A stretch of 64,000 nt of DNA from a virus (IMGVR_UViG_3300042934_000619:38443-102442); one strand, 5' to 3'. Shown: positions 45,586 to 55,751, counted from the stretch's first letter. Notes: generated by a model from the letters alone, not told the origin. A program made the numbers and translations.

Positions 45586-46947
45586 TCAGGAGCGGGTCTC
45601 CAGCCGTACGAACGGCGAGAGGGTGTTGGAGCCCTGGTTCGGGGTGATCGCCGACTGGATCCAGGGGCGGCCGTCCAGGCGCGAGATGAAGCGCACCGTG
45701 GTCTGGTCGTTCTGGAAGCGGTAGTGCGGCGAGGTGTCGGCCTGGATCGCCTGCCGGTCACCGATCAGGTAGTACGAGAAGTCGACCAGGTTGATGTCAC
45801 CCGCCGTACCGAGGGTGTTGACCTTCTCGGTGAACACGACGGGGCGACCCAGGATCGTCATGGGCGGACCCTGGACACCGTTGTTCAGCCAGATCGCGGA
45901 GCCGCCGGTACCGACCGAGAGCGCCATGGTGGCCAGCTCCGGGAAGGTGTCGATGTGGGCGACCCACACCGCCGAGTCCAGCGAGCTGGGAAGCATCCGG
46001 GCGTACATCTTGACGATGTTCTCCCAGACGATGCTGTTCGCAGCCTGGCCGGACTCCTTGGAGACCTCGACCGTGGCCGAAGCGTTCAGGAAGCCGAGAG
46101 GCTCACCGACGCCGGAGCCACCGATGAACGCCTGGTCCTCGAACCAGGCGATGGCCTCGGGGAAGATCTCGTTGATGAACATCTCCAGGGAGATGATCGA
46201 GTCCGCGAACAGCTCGTTCGGGATCTCGCTGTAGGCCGTGAGCTTCTTGGCCTCCAGCTTGACGCGGCCGAAGGTCGGCGAGGAGTCCGTGAGGGACGCC
46301 GCCTCCTCGGTCCAGTACGCGGTGACGCCGCCGTAGATGTTCGACGCGTTGGAGGTCGTGTCGATCATCGGGAACGGAACGGTGAGCGTCTCCATCGGGA
46401 TGACGCGCGCACGGCCACGGACCAGCGCCTTCTCCAGCGACACGCGCAGCAGCTCGGAGCGCAGCGTCTCCGGGATCAGGAATCCGCCGTCCGCCGGGAC
46501 CGTGGACCCGAAGGAGTTCTGGATCTCCTTGATCTTGTGCTGGTTGGCCAGCGCCTCGGAGGTGCGGGCGCCGTGCCAGATCGCCGACATGAACTCGGTG
46601 ACGTTGGAGAAGTGCTCGTCGAGCTTGGCGCCCGGAGCGTTCTTGTTGTACTTGTCGCCGACGCGCGAACCCTTGGTGGAGTTCGACGGGCGCAGGTCCA
46701 GACGCTTGGCGTCGCCCTTCGGGTCGATGGACCCGGAGTCGGCGAGGTACTTGAGGATGCCGCTCTGGACCTGGGCGTCGATCTGGCCCTCAAGGTCACC
46801 GTGAGAAGCGGCGTTGAACTGGTTCGCGTAGTCCCGCACGAACTTCAGAGCGTTGTCCCGGGAAGCGAAGACTTCCTTGACGGCAGTGCCGTCGTTGAAC
46901 AGCTCTTCCAGTTCGGCGTCGTTGCGCGGAGTGGTGGGCGTGGACAT
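45586..46947 (-). CDS. HK97-family major capsid protein
   Basis: DGGFLIPE, WTEEAA, PTFGRVKL.AKKL, FIGGSG.GEP.G, TILGRPV. Confidence 0.92.
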   Translation of the reverse strand: MSTPTTPRNDAELEELFNDGTAVKEVFASRDNALKFVRDYANQFNAASHGDLEGQIDAQVQSGILKYLADSGSIDPKGDAKRLDLRPSNSTKGSRVGDKYNKNAPGAKLDEHFSNVTEFMSAIWHGARTSEALANQHKIKEIQNSFGSTVPADGGFLIPETLRSELLRVSLEKALVRGRARVIPMETLTVPFPMIDTTSNASNIYGGVTAYWTEEAASLTDSSPTFGRVKLEAKKLTAYSEIPNELFADSIISLEMFINEIFPEAIAWFEDQAFIGGSGVGEPLGFLNASATVEVSKESGQAANSIVWENIVKMYARMLPSSLDSAVWVAHIDTFPELATMALSVGTGGSAIWLNNGVQGPPMTILGRPVVFTEKVNTLGTAGDINLVDFSYYLIGDRQAIQADTSPHYRFQNDQTTVRFISRLDGRPWIQSAITPNQGSNTLSPFVRLETRS

Positions 46948-48209
46948 TACCAAGCCTCCTTCAGGCTCGTGAACACGTCGTCCGCGCTGGGCGACGGTGC
47001 GGTGAGGCGGGCGACGAGTCCGGCCCATTCGTCGGTCGGCTCGTCTTCCTCCTCTTCCTCGTCCTCATCGGGCTGAAGGAAGGGAGGCAGCTTCTTGTCG
47101 GCGTCCTCGGGGTCGGGCTCTTCGGCCGGTTCCGCCGGTGTCGTGCCCTTGAGTTCCGGCTCCGGAGGCGCGGGGTTCTCAGGGGCAGGAGTTTCGGGCG
47201 CGGGAGTCTCCGGCGCCGGGTTCTCGGGTGCCGGAGACTCCGGCGTGCTCGGCGCGGGAGGTGCCGGAGGTTCGGAACCCTCTTCGATGGGCGCCATGGC
47301 GGTCGTCACGACTTCCCGAATGAGGGCGACCAGGTCGTCACGGGTCATGTTCGCAATGGACTCCGAGCTGGTTGCCGACGTGGTGTCGGTGGCTTCGTTC
47401 GTCACGGGGCGGACCGCCTCCCGGAGCAGGTCGGTGACCTGTTCCGTTCCGTTGGCCAGGTTCAGTTCGACCCGGGTCGTGCCCTGCTTCTGCGGGGCCG
47501 GAGCGTTGTCGCGACCGGCGTAGCGGTACATCGACAGGTCCCATGTCCGGTTCATGACATGGGGAGAGGCGGAGGCAGCCGGTGCCTCCTCCTTGGCGGG
47601 CTTCATCGGCATAACCTCGTCGGCCAGGCCGACAGCCACAGCCTCCTCGGCGGTGAACCAGGTCTCCGCGTCCATGTACGCCTGCCAGTCGGCGAGTGAG
47701 CCGCCGGTGTGCTGTGCGTACGCCTCGGCGATGTTGCGGGACTGCTTGTCCAGCAGATCCGCCATCTTCGTCATCTCGGTCGCATCGCCGTAGACGGCGC
47801 CGGATGCGTTGTGGACCATGAACTGTGACTGCGGCATCATTACGACCCGATCGCCCGCGAGGGCGATCACGGAGGCGATGGACGCGGCCAGCGAATCCAC
47901 GTAGACAGTGACCGTCGCGGGATGCGAGCGGATCGAGTTGGCGATGGCGATGCCGTCGAATACCGAACCGCCCGGCGAGTTCAGCCGTAGGTTGATCTTC
48001 GAGGTGGCGACCTGCTTCAGCTCGCGGATGAAGTCATCCGCCCACATCCCGAACCATCCGCCGATGGACTCGTAGACGTAGATATCGGTCGTGTCTTCCT
48101 CATCGATGGAATTCTCGATGCGGAACCAGTCCTTGGCGTTCTCAGGCGCTTGCATCCCCGGCGGAGGCGCCGGTGAGCGACGCTGAGCCGCCAGCTCAAT
48201 GAAAGGCAT
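46947..48209 (-). CDS. ClpP-like prohead protease with Pro/Glu-rich C-terminal region
   Basis: LNSPGGSVFDG, AASIAS, MVHNA, ETWFTAEEA; PENPA/PETPA repeats. Confidence 0.9.
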   Translation of the reverse strand: MPFIELAAQRRSPAPPPGMQAPENAKDWFRIENSIDEEDTTDIYVYESIGGWFGMWADDFIRELKQVATSKINLRLNSPGGSVFDGIAIANSIRSHPATVTVYVDSLAASIASVIALAGDRVVMMPQSQFMVHNASGAVYGDATEMTKMADLLDKQSRNIAEAYAQHTGGSLADWQAYMDAETWFTAEEAVAVGLADEVMPMKPAKEEAPAASASPHVMNRTWDLSMYRYAGRDNAPAPQKQGTTRVELNLANGTEQVTDLLREAVRPVTNEATDTTSATSSESIANMTRDDLVALIREVVTTAMAPIEEGSEPPAPPAPSTPESPAPENPAPETPAPETPAPENPAPPEPELKGTTPAEPAEEPDPEDADKKLPPFLQPDEDEEEEEDEPTDEWAGLVARLTAPSPSADDVFTSLKEAW

Positions 48210-49509
48210 TGGTCGCCTCCTCGGGTGGTGTGTTTTCTTCCTGCGGGGGTGGCAGAGCCGGACGCGCCGAAGGCGGGGGAGTGCGTGGCTCTGGCAGCTC
48301 CGCCATGTCGGGCAGGCCGACGGCGGAGAGAATGTCGGCCGCTTCCCACAGGCCGGTGTCGGCCAGGAACTTCGCGGACTGTGCCTTGTTCACCAGCACC
48401 TGGGCAGCGATCTCGTCGTCCTCGGGGACCGGGTTGACGAAATCGAATTCGAGGCCCTCACCTGCGCGGCCGAACATGGGCAGCAGCAGGCAATTGAGCG
48501 CTTCCTTGGTCCGCATCAGGCGCGGCTTCGTCATCCACCGGGCGAACATGACCTCGCCTGCGTAGGCGTTGGCCTTGTTCACGTCGTCGGTGGCGCCGGT
48601 CATCGCCTTCGGAAAGCCGAAGGCTTCGCGGATCGTCTCGCGGGACGCCTCACGCAGTTCGACGAACTGCATGTCGTCCATCGTGTACTTGCGGTCGACC
48701 CACTTCATCCCGGCTTCGAGGATCGCCACCCGGTGCGCATTCGCGACACCCTTGTGGGTTTCCGCCCACCGTGCCTGGAACTGGTGGAAGTCCTCGTCCG
48801 AGATGTTGTTCTCGGCCTCGATGATCCCGCCGGGAGTGGCCGAGTTTCGGAAGAAGTTCCGGTTGTACTCGGTGGCCAGGTAGGTCGCGTCCAGATCGCC
48901 GAGGATCGACTGAACGGCACCCAGTCCCCGGTACGGGTCCAGCGGGTGCGGACGGCGCATGAAGATGACGTCGTCCCGGCTGAGCGGGATGTCCTCGCCA
49001 CCCGGACCGTGGTAGATGTACCCGGCTAGGTAGTCGTTGGCGTCCGGCACCGGCTCCATCCGGTCGGGCCGGACGAACCACATCTCAGCGGGGATGTTGA
49101 ACCGGCGTACGATGATCCAGTACTGCTCGCCGGTCAGCTCTTCGTGCTGCTGCGTCGACTCACGGAAAGCGGAGCCGAAGAAGAACTGATTCGGCTTGTG
49201 CCACAGATCCAGTGCGGGATGCTTGGTGACCTCGATGCGGTTGTCCTGCATGCCGGATGTACCGCCGCTGTACCGGCGCCGCCCGTCGCGGGGGATGCGG
49301 TACAGCTTCCACTCGACCTGCGAATAGGCCGTGATGATGCGGTCGACGATGGCGAACAGGGTTCCGACCTGGCCCTGCGCCTGCATCTGGGCGACCATGC
49401 CGCCAGGTGGCGTGGTGCCCGCAAGCCAGCTCCTGCGTCCTGCGCCCCGTGGGACGTAAGGGACAGGGGCCTTGTTCTTGAGGACCGCGCCGAGCAGTGT
49501 GCGTCCCAT
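48196..49509 (-). CDS. HK97-family portal protein
   Basis: HPALDL..KPN, FFRNSATPGGII, DMQFVE.R. Confidence 0.9.
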   Translation of the reverse strand: MGRTLLGAVLKNKAPVPYVPRGAGRRSWLAGTTPPGGMVAQMQAQGQVGTLFAIVDRIITAYSQVEWKLYRIPRDGRRRYSGGTSGMQDNRIEVTKHPALDLWHKPNQFFFGSAFRESTQQHEELTGEQYWIIVRRFNIPAEMWFVRPDRMEPVPDANDYLAGYIYHGPGGEDIPLSRDDVIFMRRPHPLDPYRGLGAVQSILGDLDATYLATEYNRNFFRNSATPGGIIEAENNISDEDFHQFQARWAETHKGVANAHRVAILEAGMKWVDRKYTMDDMQFVELREASRETIREAFGFPKAMTGATDDVNKANAYAGEVMFARWMTKPRLMRTKEALNCLLLPMFGRAGEGLEFDFVNPVPEDDEIAAQVLVNKAQSAKFLADTGLWEAADILSAVGLPDMAELPEPRTPPPSARPALPPPQEENTPPEEATNAFH

Positions 49510-49553
49510 GCGCGCTCCTGTTCTACTGTTCAAAGGAAACGAAGGAGACAGAA

Positions 49554-49841
49554 ATGACCATGACGCTCGCGGATCTGCGCAGGAAGGCTGGGCTTTCCCA
49601 GGCGCAGATGGCAAAGAAGATGGGCGTGAGCAACACGCAGGTGAGCCGCATCGAGGCCAGCTACCCGGACGTCATGTTCCCGTCACTGCGGCGGTACATG
49701 GACGCGCTCGGCACGACGATCAAGTTCGTGGGCATTGAGACGGAATGCGACTCCGACGACGTCGAGAAGGACGCGACCCGTATTTACGGAGAGACGAGGC
49801 GACAGGATCCGACTCGTGCGTTCGGCCGCAAGAGCGCCTGA
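49554..49841 (+). CDS. XRE HTH protein, antisense within packaging module
   Basis: LADLRRKAGLSQAQMAKKMGVSNTQVSRIE; AAGGAG RBS. Confidence 0.8.
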   Translation: MTMTLADLRRKAGLSQAQMAKKMGVSNTQVSRIEASYPDVMFPSLRRYMDALGTTIKFVGIETECDSDDVEKDATRIYGETRRQDPTRAFGRKSA

Positions 49842-50039
49842 TCACTGACCGGCGAAGAACTGCCACTGGAGTACCGCAGCGCCGAGACCGGCGGCGATCA
49901 CTCCTGCCGGGATGTAGATCATCCCGATGCCGAACGCGACCAGCGCGACGGCGGCCAGGGCCAGAAGGCCCGACATGATCGACCCTGCTGCCCCTGGTGC
50001 AAGCTTGGGCAGCAGGGTCTTCCTCGTACTCGCGTGCAT
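49842..50039 (-). CDS. Small membrane protein (portal-adjacent)
   Basis: 2 TM helices. Confidence 0.6.
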   Translation of the reverse strand: MHASTRKTLLPKLAPGAAGSIMSGLLALAAVALVAFGIGMIYIPAGVIAAGLGAAVLQWQFFAGQ

Positions 50040-50257
50040 CAGCGACTCCCCTGTACGCGGAAGTACGGCGGATGGTCGGCAATGAAAGCGTCCGGCGATA
50101 CCACCGTGTCCACCGAAACCCAGCCGGTGCTGTACCCGCAGTTGCAGTAGTAGAGGACCAGACCCGTCAGCTCACGGTGCATGGCGTGTTCCGTACCCGT
50201 GCAGGATTGAACCTGACGGACGACGGTCGGTTCGTGGCGTGTTTCGAGCTGCTCCAT
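50039..50257 (-). CDS. Small hypothetical protein
   Basis: RBS; YCNCG. Confidence 0.5.
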   Translation of the reverse strand: MEQLETRHEPTVVRQVQSCTGTEHAMHRELTGLVLYYCNCGYSTGWVSVDTVVSPDAFIADHPPYFRVQGSR

Positions 50258-50290
50258 GGGTTCTCCCCTCGTGCGCGCCCGGATGCCGAG

Positions 50291-51808
50291 TCACAGGAAG
50301 CGCATACGTGGTGTCGTGCCGTTGTAGTACGCCAGCAGCAACGCGTCAGCGTTGTCCGGCGACCTGCCGCAGCGGCGGATGATGTCGTCCTTCGGCTCGA
50401 CCTGGATTTTGCCCTTGGAGTCCAGGAACCAACGAGGCCACAGGAGTTGGGCGCATGCGGTGTCCGCGTTCTCCATCTGGGACAGATCCCACGCTCCGGA
50501 AGCGGAGAACTCCCGGCCGATCGTCCACCACATCTCGGCCCGCAGGTTCACGAACTTCTTCTTGTCGTGCGGTTTCGTCGAGACGTTCACGCCGACGATC
50601 TGCGCCTGATGCTCGCCCCGACGGGCCGCGTTGCGCAGCTCGCCGATCACGCCGAAGCCGACACCGATCGAGTCGATCTTCACCTTGGTCGCACCACTGA
50701 TCCGCAGTGCTCGCAGTACAAGAGGTGCGATCTTCTCGGGTCGGTCCGTCCGGATCCGCCATTCGCGTCCGGCGAGGATGCCCCGGCGTTCGCGGATGAC
50801 CGTCTCGTCGGAACCACCGCCCACGTCCACGCCCAGTTCCACAGGCGAGAGATCAGCGGGGGAGTACTTGGTCTCCGGGTCCAGTCGGCAGGCTGCCACA
50901 TCGGATGCCCTCACCACCGTGTCCGCCGCGTCGACCGAGAACTCGCCGAGCACCTTGCTTCGGTAGAGGGCGTTGTCCTCGCCCCAGTCCAGCTTCTTCT
51001 CGTCGACCCACACTCTGGAGACCAGCGAGGCGGCGACGTTCTCACTGACGTGCTCGCCGGTGAAGTTCGGTGAGTCGAACGCCGAGATGCCCATGGTGTT
51101 CCATCCCGAGCCGGGCTGGCACACCTTGAAGAAGTGCGTCGCCGAGTTGTCGGGGTTGCCGATCGCGAGGATGCGGCAGTCCGGGCCGGTGGCCAGGGCG
51201 TCGGCCGCGACCCAGAGCTGCTCCGGCACGCCGCACGCCTCGTCGATCACGACCAGTACGTACCGGGCGTGGATACCCTGGAACGCCGACTCGTCCTGGT
51301 CGGCAGGCTTGCGGCCGTAGGCGACGATCTCCTCGTCGATCAGCCACTCGGTCTGGTTCACGCGGCCCGGCAGACCCACCGACTTGTGGAACCGGCGCAC
51401 GTAGCGCCAGAGGATCGCGCGGACCTGCGCCGTCGTCGGAGCCGTCGTCACCACGAACGCTTCGCCGGGCGGGTGCGAGTCCAGCCACCAGGAGATGGCG
51501 AGTGCCGCGACGTGCGACTTGCCGATGCCGTGACAGCTGTGCACGGCGGTACGGCGATAGTCGCGTACCGACTCCAGGATGTCCCGCTGCTTCGACCAGA
51601 CCGCCTGTCCGAGACGTTCGTCGACCCACAGTGCGGGGTCCGTCATGTACTTGGACTGACGCTGGTTCGACTGCTTGCGGTCAACCGCTGCCTTGAGCTG
51701 ATCGCGGACGATCTTCAGGCGCTTGGTGTCACCGGTGCGGATCAGGCGCTCGACCAGCTCCTGCATTCCCTGGGGATCGAGCCCGCCGAGTTCAGCTTCC
51801 GTTGTCAC
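50291..51808 (-). CDS. Terminase large subunit
   Basis: SCHGIGKS, VIDEA, IGNP, GVDVG, SPDNADA. Confidence 0.92.
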   Translation of the reverse strand: MTTEAELGGLDPQGMQELVERLIRTGDTKRLKIVRDQLKAAVDRKQSNQRQSKYMTDPALWVDERLGQAVWSKQRDILESVRDYRRTAVHSCHGIGKSHVAALAISWWLDSHPPGEAFVVTTAPTTAQVRAILWRYVRRFHKSVGLPGRVNQTEWLIDEEIVAYGRKPADQDESAFQGIHARYVLVVIDEACGVPEQLWVAADALATGPDCRILAIGNPDNSATHFFKVCQPGSGWNTMGISAFDSPNFTGEHVSENVAASLVSRVWVDEKKLDWGEDNALYRSKVLGEFSVDAADTVVRASDVAACRLDPETKYSPADLSPVELGVDVGGGSDETVIRERRGILAGREWRIRTDRPEKIAPLVLRALRISGATKVKIDSIGVGFGVIGELRNAARRGEHQAQIVGVNVSTKPHDKKKFVNLRAEMWWTIGREFSASGAWDLSQMENADTACAQLLWPRWFLDSKGKIQVEPKDDIIRRCGRSPDNADALLLAYYNGTTPRMRFL

Positions 51809-52031
51809 TCGCGCTGTCCTCGCGGTGCGCCGACACGAACAGGTCCGACTTGAACGCGGCCACGACCTGGTGCGCGCTGTTCTTGAACAGCACCAGCGAC
51901 TGGTCCTCGACGAAGTAGGCCGCCATCACGTCGCGGGTGTACGTCGTCATGGACGCCGGGTTCAGGAGGGCGACCGTGTGCCGGTGCATGGATGGGGCGG
52001 TGTTGGGAGCGGTCATGTCGTTCTCCGGCAA
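51792..52031 (-). CDS. Hypothetical protein
   Basis: ORF in late operon. Confidence 0.5.
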   Translation of the reverse strand: MPENDMTAPNTAPSMHRHTVALLNPASMTTYTRDVMAAYFVEDQSLVLFKNSAHQVVAAFKSDLFVSAHREDSASDNGS

Positions 52032-52085
52032 CTCTGCTGCGGTGGTGGTAAGTTCGTTGGTCCTGGTGAGAGAAGGAGACGCAAG

Positions 52086-52280
52086 ATGGAGCAGAAGGCG
52101 TCCAGCTGCACAACCGGCTGGGACTGGAAGACGGCCAGCTACACGGCCGCCAACAACACGTGTGTGGAGACGAAGGCGGACGCCCTGTCCGTCCGTGTGC
52201 GTGACACGAAGGACCGCGCCATTCCGGGGATCCGGGTGGCTCCCGCCACCTGGGCGCAGTTCATCGGGATGGTGCGCTAG
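52086..52280 (+). CDS. DUF397 (BldB-like) protein, antisense insertion
   Basis: WKTASYT..NTCVE..VRVRDTK..WAQF; AAGGAG RBS. Confidence 0.8.
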   Translation: MEQKASSCTTGWDWKTASYTAANNTCVETKADALSVRVRDTKDRAIPGIRVAPATWAQFIGMVR

Positions 52281-52585
52281 TCCTCGACCGGCGTCAGCAG
52301 GTACATCGGCGGGTTGATCTCCAGCGGAGTCGTCTTCGTCTGTACGTACACGTCATCGGGGTCGGTCGGGGACACCTGCACCCGGCCGTCCTCGGTGAGT
52401 ACGTGTGCCTCGTAGTCGATCACCCACGTGCCGGGTGAGATCTCACGAACCGTGACGTCGCTGTCGACCGGGACGTGGTAGGGATCGACTCCGTTCATGC
52501 GCAGCCAGTTGCGCAGCTCTTCCCGGCGGATCTCGGGAAGCCGTTTCCAGATCTCCCCGCTGCTGGCCAGCCAGCGGCTGGTCAT
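52277..52585 (-). CDS. Hypothetical protein
   Basis: Overlaps upstream stop; WLRMNGVDP. Confidence 0.55.
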   Translation of the reverse strand: MTSRWLASSGEIWKRLPEIRREELRNWLRMNGVDPYHVPVDSDVTVREISPGTWVIDYEAHVLTEDGRVQVSPTDPDDVYVQTKTTPLEINPPMYLLTPVED

Positions 52586-53163
52586 TCGTCGTCGCCCGTG
52601 TCGAGGACAGCCTTGGTGACGTCCTCGGTCGCGTTGATCATCGCGATGAGCTGGCTGATCTCGCTGCCGATCTGGTCGGCCTCGACGGACAGGCGGACCT
52701 GTGCGTCCAGACCCAGGTACTTGGCCCGCCGTTCCTTGATCTTCAGGATGCGGTCCAGGGCTTCGAGCACGAAACGCTCGTCCTGGACGACCTGTCCCTC
52801 GACCATGATGACCCGGCCCTGCTGCACGAGGACGTGTTCACGGCGCAGCTGTCCCCACAGGTGCCGCTCCATCTCGTCCAGCGACTGGAGTTCTTGGAGC
52901 TTGGTCTCGTCCGCCGAGAAGCGGTAGACCGCGTGGAGCCCGCGCCGGATCGCCGCTATCGCACGGCGGGGGTCCGGGAGCTTGGTCTCGTAGTCGGTGA
53001 GGTTCAGGATCTCGGCGATCTCGTCGGGGCTGTGCCCGATCGCGGAGAGGCGCGAGGCTTCCCTGTCCCGCTTCCAGTTGTGGTAGCCCGGGTAGTCGTC
53101 GGGCCGCTGGTCGGGGAAGAACTCTTCGTTGCCCGTGAAGGGCTTGGGGAGGTTGTCGCTCAC
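52582..53163 (-). CDS. Probable terminase small subunit
   Basis: HTH (SPDEIAEIL), DRILKIKERRAKYLGLDA; first gene of late operon. Confidence 0.7.
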   Translation of the reverse strand: MSDNLPKPFTGNEEFFPDQRPDDYPGYHNWKRDREASRLSAIGHSPDEIAEILNLTDYETKLPDPRRAIAAIRRGLHAVYRFSADETKLQELQSLDEMERHLWGQLRREHVLVQQGRVIMVEGQVVQDERFVLEALDRILKIKERRAKYLGLDAQVRLSVEADQIGSEISQLIAMINATEDVTKAVLDTGDDE

Positions 53164-53200
53164 TGATACCTGCCGAGGTTCTCTGGAAGCAGGGCAAGAG

Positions 53201-53231
53201 AAGCGCCCGTACGTGTTACGTACGGGCGCTT
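53201..53231. terminator. Perfect hairpin upstream of terminase small subunit
   Basis: 13-bp stem AAGCGCCCGTACG. Confidence 0.45.
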
Positions 53232-53498
53232 TCTCCTGCCCCCAGGAGCAGGACAGCGGCACAGTGCGATGGGTGCCAGCGTGTCCGGATTCCAGTATAC
53301 GAAGTGAATATTGTTTATAAATACCCATCCGACTATGTGGCGCGTGTCACATCATCGACAAGTTGGATGGCGATCGTTCAGGTCGTTTTCCCAGGTCACA
53401 CAGAAAAAACGAAAAAATTTGCAGAATCTACCTACGTGGGGAAACCCTCATGGGTATACCTTCAAATGGATCTAGGAACATGTCGACTTGGAGATCAC

Positions 53499-53780
53499 GT
53501 GACCGACACGCTTACCAACGTCCCCAATGAAGAGGACGTGTTCGAAGCTCTTCTGACCCCGCGCGAGGCGGCCACGCTTCTCGGCGTGTCCACACGGACG
53601 CTGGTGATGTGGTCGGACAAGGGGCGCATCCGCAGCACCCGGACCCACGGTGGACACCGCCGGTACTTCGTGTCGTCCATCCGTGGCGCTCACTGCGGCG
53701 ACTGGGATCTGGCCGGACGCAGGCCCTCCGTGGCAGAGCTGCTCCCCGAGGAGAAGCTCGTCCTGGTGGACGAGGCGTAG
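53499..53780 (+). CDS. MerR/BldC-like HTH protein
   Basis: LLTPREAATLLGVSTRTLVMWSDKGRI.STRTHGGHRRY. Confidence 0.75.
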   Translation: MTDTLTNVPNEEDVFEALLTPREAATLLGVSTRTLVMWSDKGRIRSTRTHGGHRRYFVSSIRGAHCGDWDLAGRRPSVAELLPEEKLVLVDEA

Positions 53781-53783
53781 GGA

Positions 53784-54479
53784 ATGGCGCGACCGCGTCT
53801 GCTCGACCTTTTCTGTGGGCAGGGCGGTGCCGGATGGGGGTACCACCTCGCCGGGTTCGATGTGACCGGCGTGGACGTACGGCCCATGCCGCTGCATCCA
53901 CCGCAGATGGAGTTCATACAGGCCGACGCCCTGGAATACGTGAGAGAGCGCGGCCATGAATACGACGCCATCCACGCGTCCCCGGTTTGTCGTGCCCACA
54001 CCAGAGCCAGGGGCGCGGCCACCGGCCGGTACCGGCACGCCGACTACATCCCTGGCCTGCGGAAGGCGTTCGGCGAGATGAGGGCACGGGGACTGCGTAC
54101 GCCGTATGTCATCGAGAACGTCGTCGGTGCCCCGCTCGTCGATCCCGTCGTCCTGTGCGGTGCCATGTTCGGCCTGCCCATGTATCGGCACCGGCTCATC
54201 GAGTTCGGCAACATCGAGCGGCCCGAGCCACCGGCGCACCCTGAGCACACCGCCCCGGTCGCGTCCATGGGGCGCAAGCCGCGCGAGGGGGAGTACTGGT
54301 CCATCGCCGGGAACTTCTCCGGGGTATGGGAGGCGGGGGATGCCATGGGGATGCCGTGGGCCAACCAGGACGGCCTCCGTCAAGCCGTACCGCCTGCGTA
54401 CACCTGGTGGGTGGGTTCTTATCTGATGCATGTACTCCACTCGCAGTGGCCCACATCCGCTGCTAAAGTTGAGGCATGA
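53784..54479 (+). CDS. DNA cytosine methyltransferase-like protein
   Basis: LDLFCGQGG (motif I), HASPVC (IV), IENV (VI). Confidence 0.7.
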   Translation: MARPRLLDLFCGQGGAGWGYHLAGFDVTGVDVRPMPLHPPQMEFIQADALEYVRERGHEYDAIHASPVCRAHTRARGAATGRYRHADYIPGLRKAFGEMRARGLRTPYVIENVVGAPLVDPVVLCGAMFGLPMYRHRLIEFGNIERPEPPAHPEHTAPVASMGRKPREGEYWSIAGNFSGVWEAGDAMGMPWANQDGLRQAVPPAYTWWVGSYLMHVLHSQWPTSAAKVEA

Positions 54480-54808
54480 CGGAGAAGAACGGAAAAGTCA
54501 GAAAGCATGTGCCGCTCGACAGGGAAGACCTCGCCGACCTCACCACACTGAGGATCACGGGAACCAACAAGGCGGACGCACTGGCCGATCTCCTCGGAAA
54601 GCCGGTCAAGGAGAACGCGTCCGAAGCCGAAGTGCTGCACGACCTCGTCGTCCTCGGACGGCGGGCCGTCGCCGACAAGGCCCTCGAACTCTCCTACCGG
54701 CGGGCAGCGGAAGTCGACGCCCGTGACCCGGAGCGGATCACCTGGCGAAGGGCCATGCGCAGGCATCGCGTCGCTCGCCCCTTCCTCGACGGCGAGGCCA
54801 CCGCGTGA
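54476..54808 (+). CDS. Hypothetical protein, possible antitoxin-like
   Basis: N-terminal RKHVPL strand then helices; near PemK-like gene. Confidence 0.45.
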   Translation: MTEKNGKVRKHVPLDREDLADLTTLRITGTNKADALADLLGKPVKENASEAEVLHDLVVLGRRAVADKALELSYRRAAEVDARDPERITWRRAMRRHRVARPFLDGEATA

Positions 54809-55182
54809 ACAACCCTGTGGTCATCGTCAAGGCCGAGCAGACATCCCTGGGATTCCCCTCGCAGTGGAACGCATGGGACACCGAGGGCCGGTACTACTAC
54901 ATGCGCTACCGGCGCGGACACGGAACCGTACTGAGGTGCGCCGATCCATCCCCCTCCGCCTGGACCGAGGAGGAGTGGTACAACCCCGTGGCCAGCTTCG
55001 ACTACGGTGACCCTCTGGACGGAGTCATCGCCTTCGACGTCTTCTGTGAGCAGGCAGGACTCGCCCTGGCCCCCATGATCGAATACGCCTGCTTCGACCG
55101 CTATCTCTCCGGCCTGGTCGACTCGGTTCTTCAGGCGGCGAGCGAAGATCACGGCACGAACACCCAGGAACACACTTCATGA
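54805..55182 (+). CDS. Hypothetical protein
   Basis: PSQWNAWDTEGRYYYMRYR motif. Confidence 0.6.
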   Translation: MNNPVVIVKAEQTSLGFPSQWNAWDTEGRYYYMRYRRGHGTVLRCADPSPSAWTEEEWYNPVASFDYGDPLDGVIAFDVFCEQAGLALAPMIEYACFDRYLSGLVDSVLQAASEDHGTNTQEHTS

Positions 55183-55499
55183 ACATCATCGCCAAGCGCG
55201 GCCACATCTACCGCGTCGCCCTGGAGCAGGACTCCACGGTCCTCGGGCTGATCCTGTCCAACGACCGCCTCAACGGTGAGTACGACGAGTACGTCACCGC
55301 ACAGGTCGCGGCCAGCAAGGACCACGAGGGGACCGGGGGAGCGGTCCGGCTCAAGTCCGGCGACCCCGTGTTCGGGTACGTGATCTGCCGGGACATCGGC
55401 ATGGTGCATCAGGAAGAACTCAAGGAAGACCTCGGCAAGTTGTCCATGGAGACAATGGTCGAGGTCGAGCGTTCCCTGCGCACAGTGGTGGGGCTGTAG
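55179..55499 (+). CDS. PemK/MazF-like protein
   Basis: KRGHIYRV, LILSNDRLN, LGKLS.ETM.EVE.SLR.VVGL. Confidence 0.65.
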   Translation: MNIIAKRGHIYRVALEQDSTVLGLILSNDRLNGEYDEYVTAQVAASKDHEGTGGAVRLKSGDPVFGYVICRDIGMVHQEELKEDLGKLSMETMVEVERSLRTVVGL

Positions 55500-55751
55500 G
55501 CGAAAAGAGTGGCGCACCCTACACCACGGCATATGTCTGTGTCTGTCGGGGTGCCAACTCTTCTATGACCGGGGTAAGAAGGAAGAAGGAGACAAGATGG
55601 CTGACGGAGACTCGACCTGGTACTGCAACAACTCCGGACATCCGCATGCAACCTATGGCGCCGCTCAGCAATGTGATCTGACGGCACACAGGCAGCGGAG
55701 GCTGGAACAAGAGCGTGCCGAGGCGGAGGCTCGTCGAAGGCGAGAGGGAAA

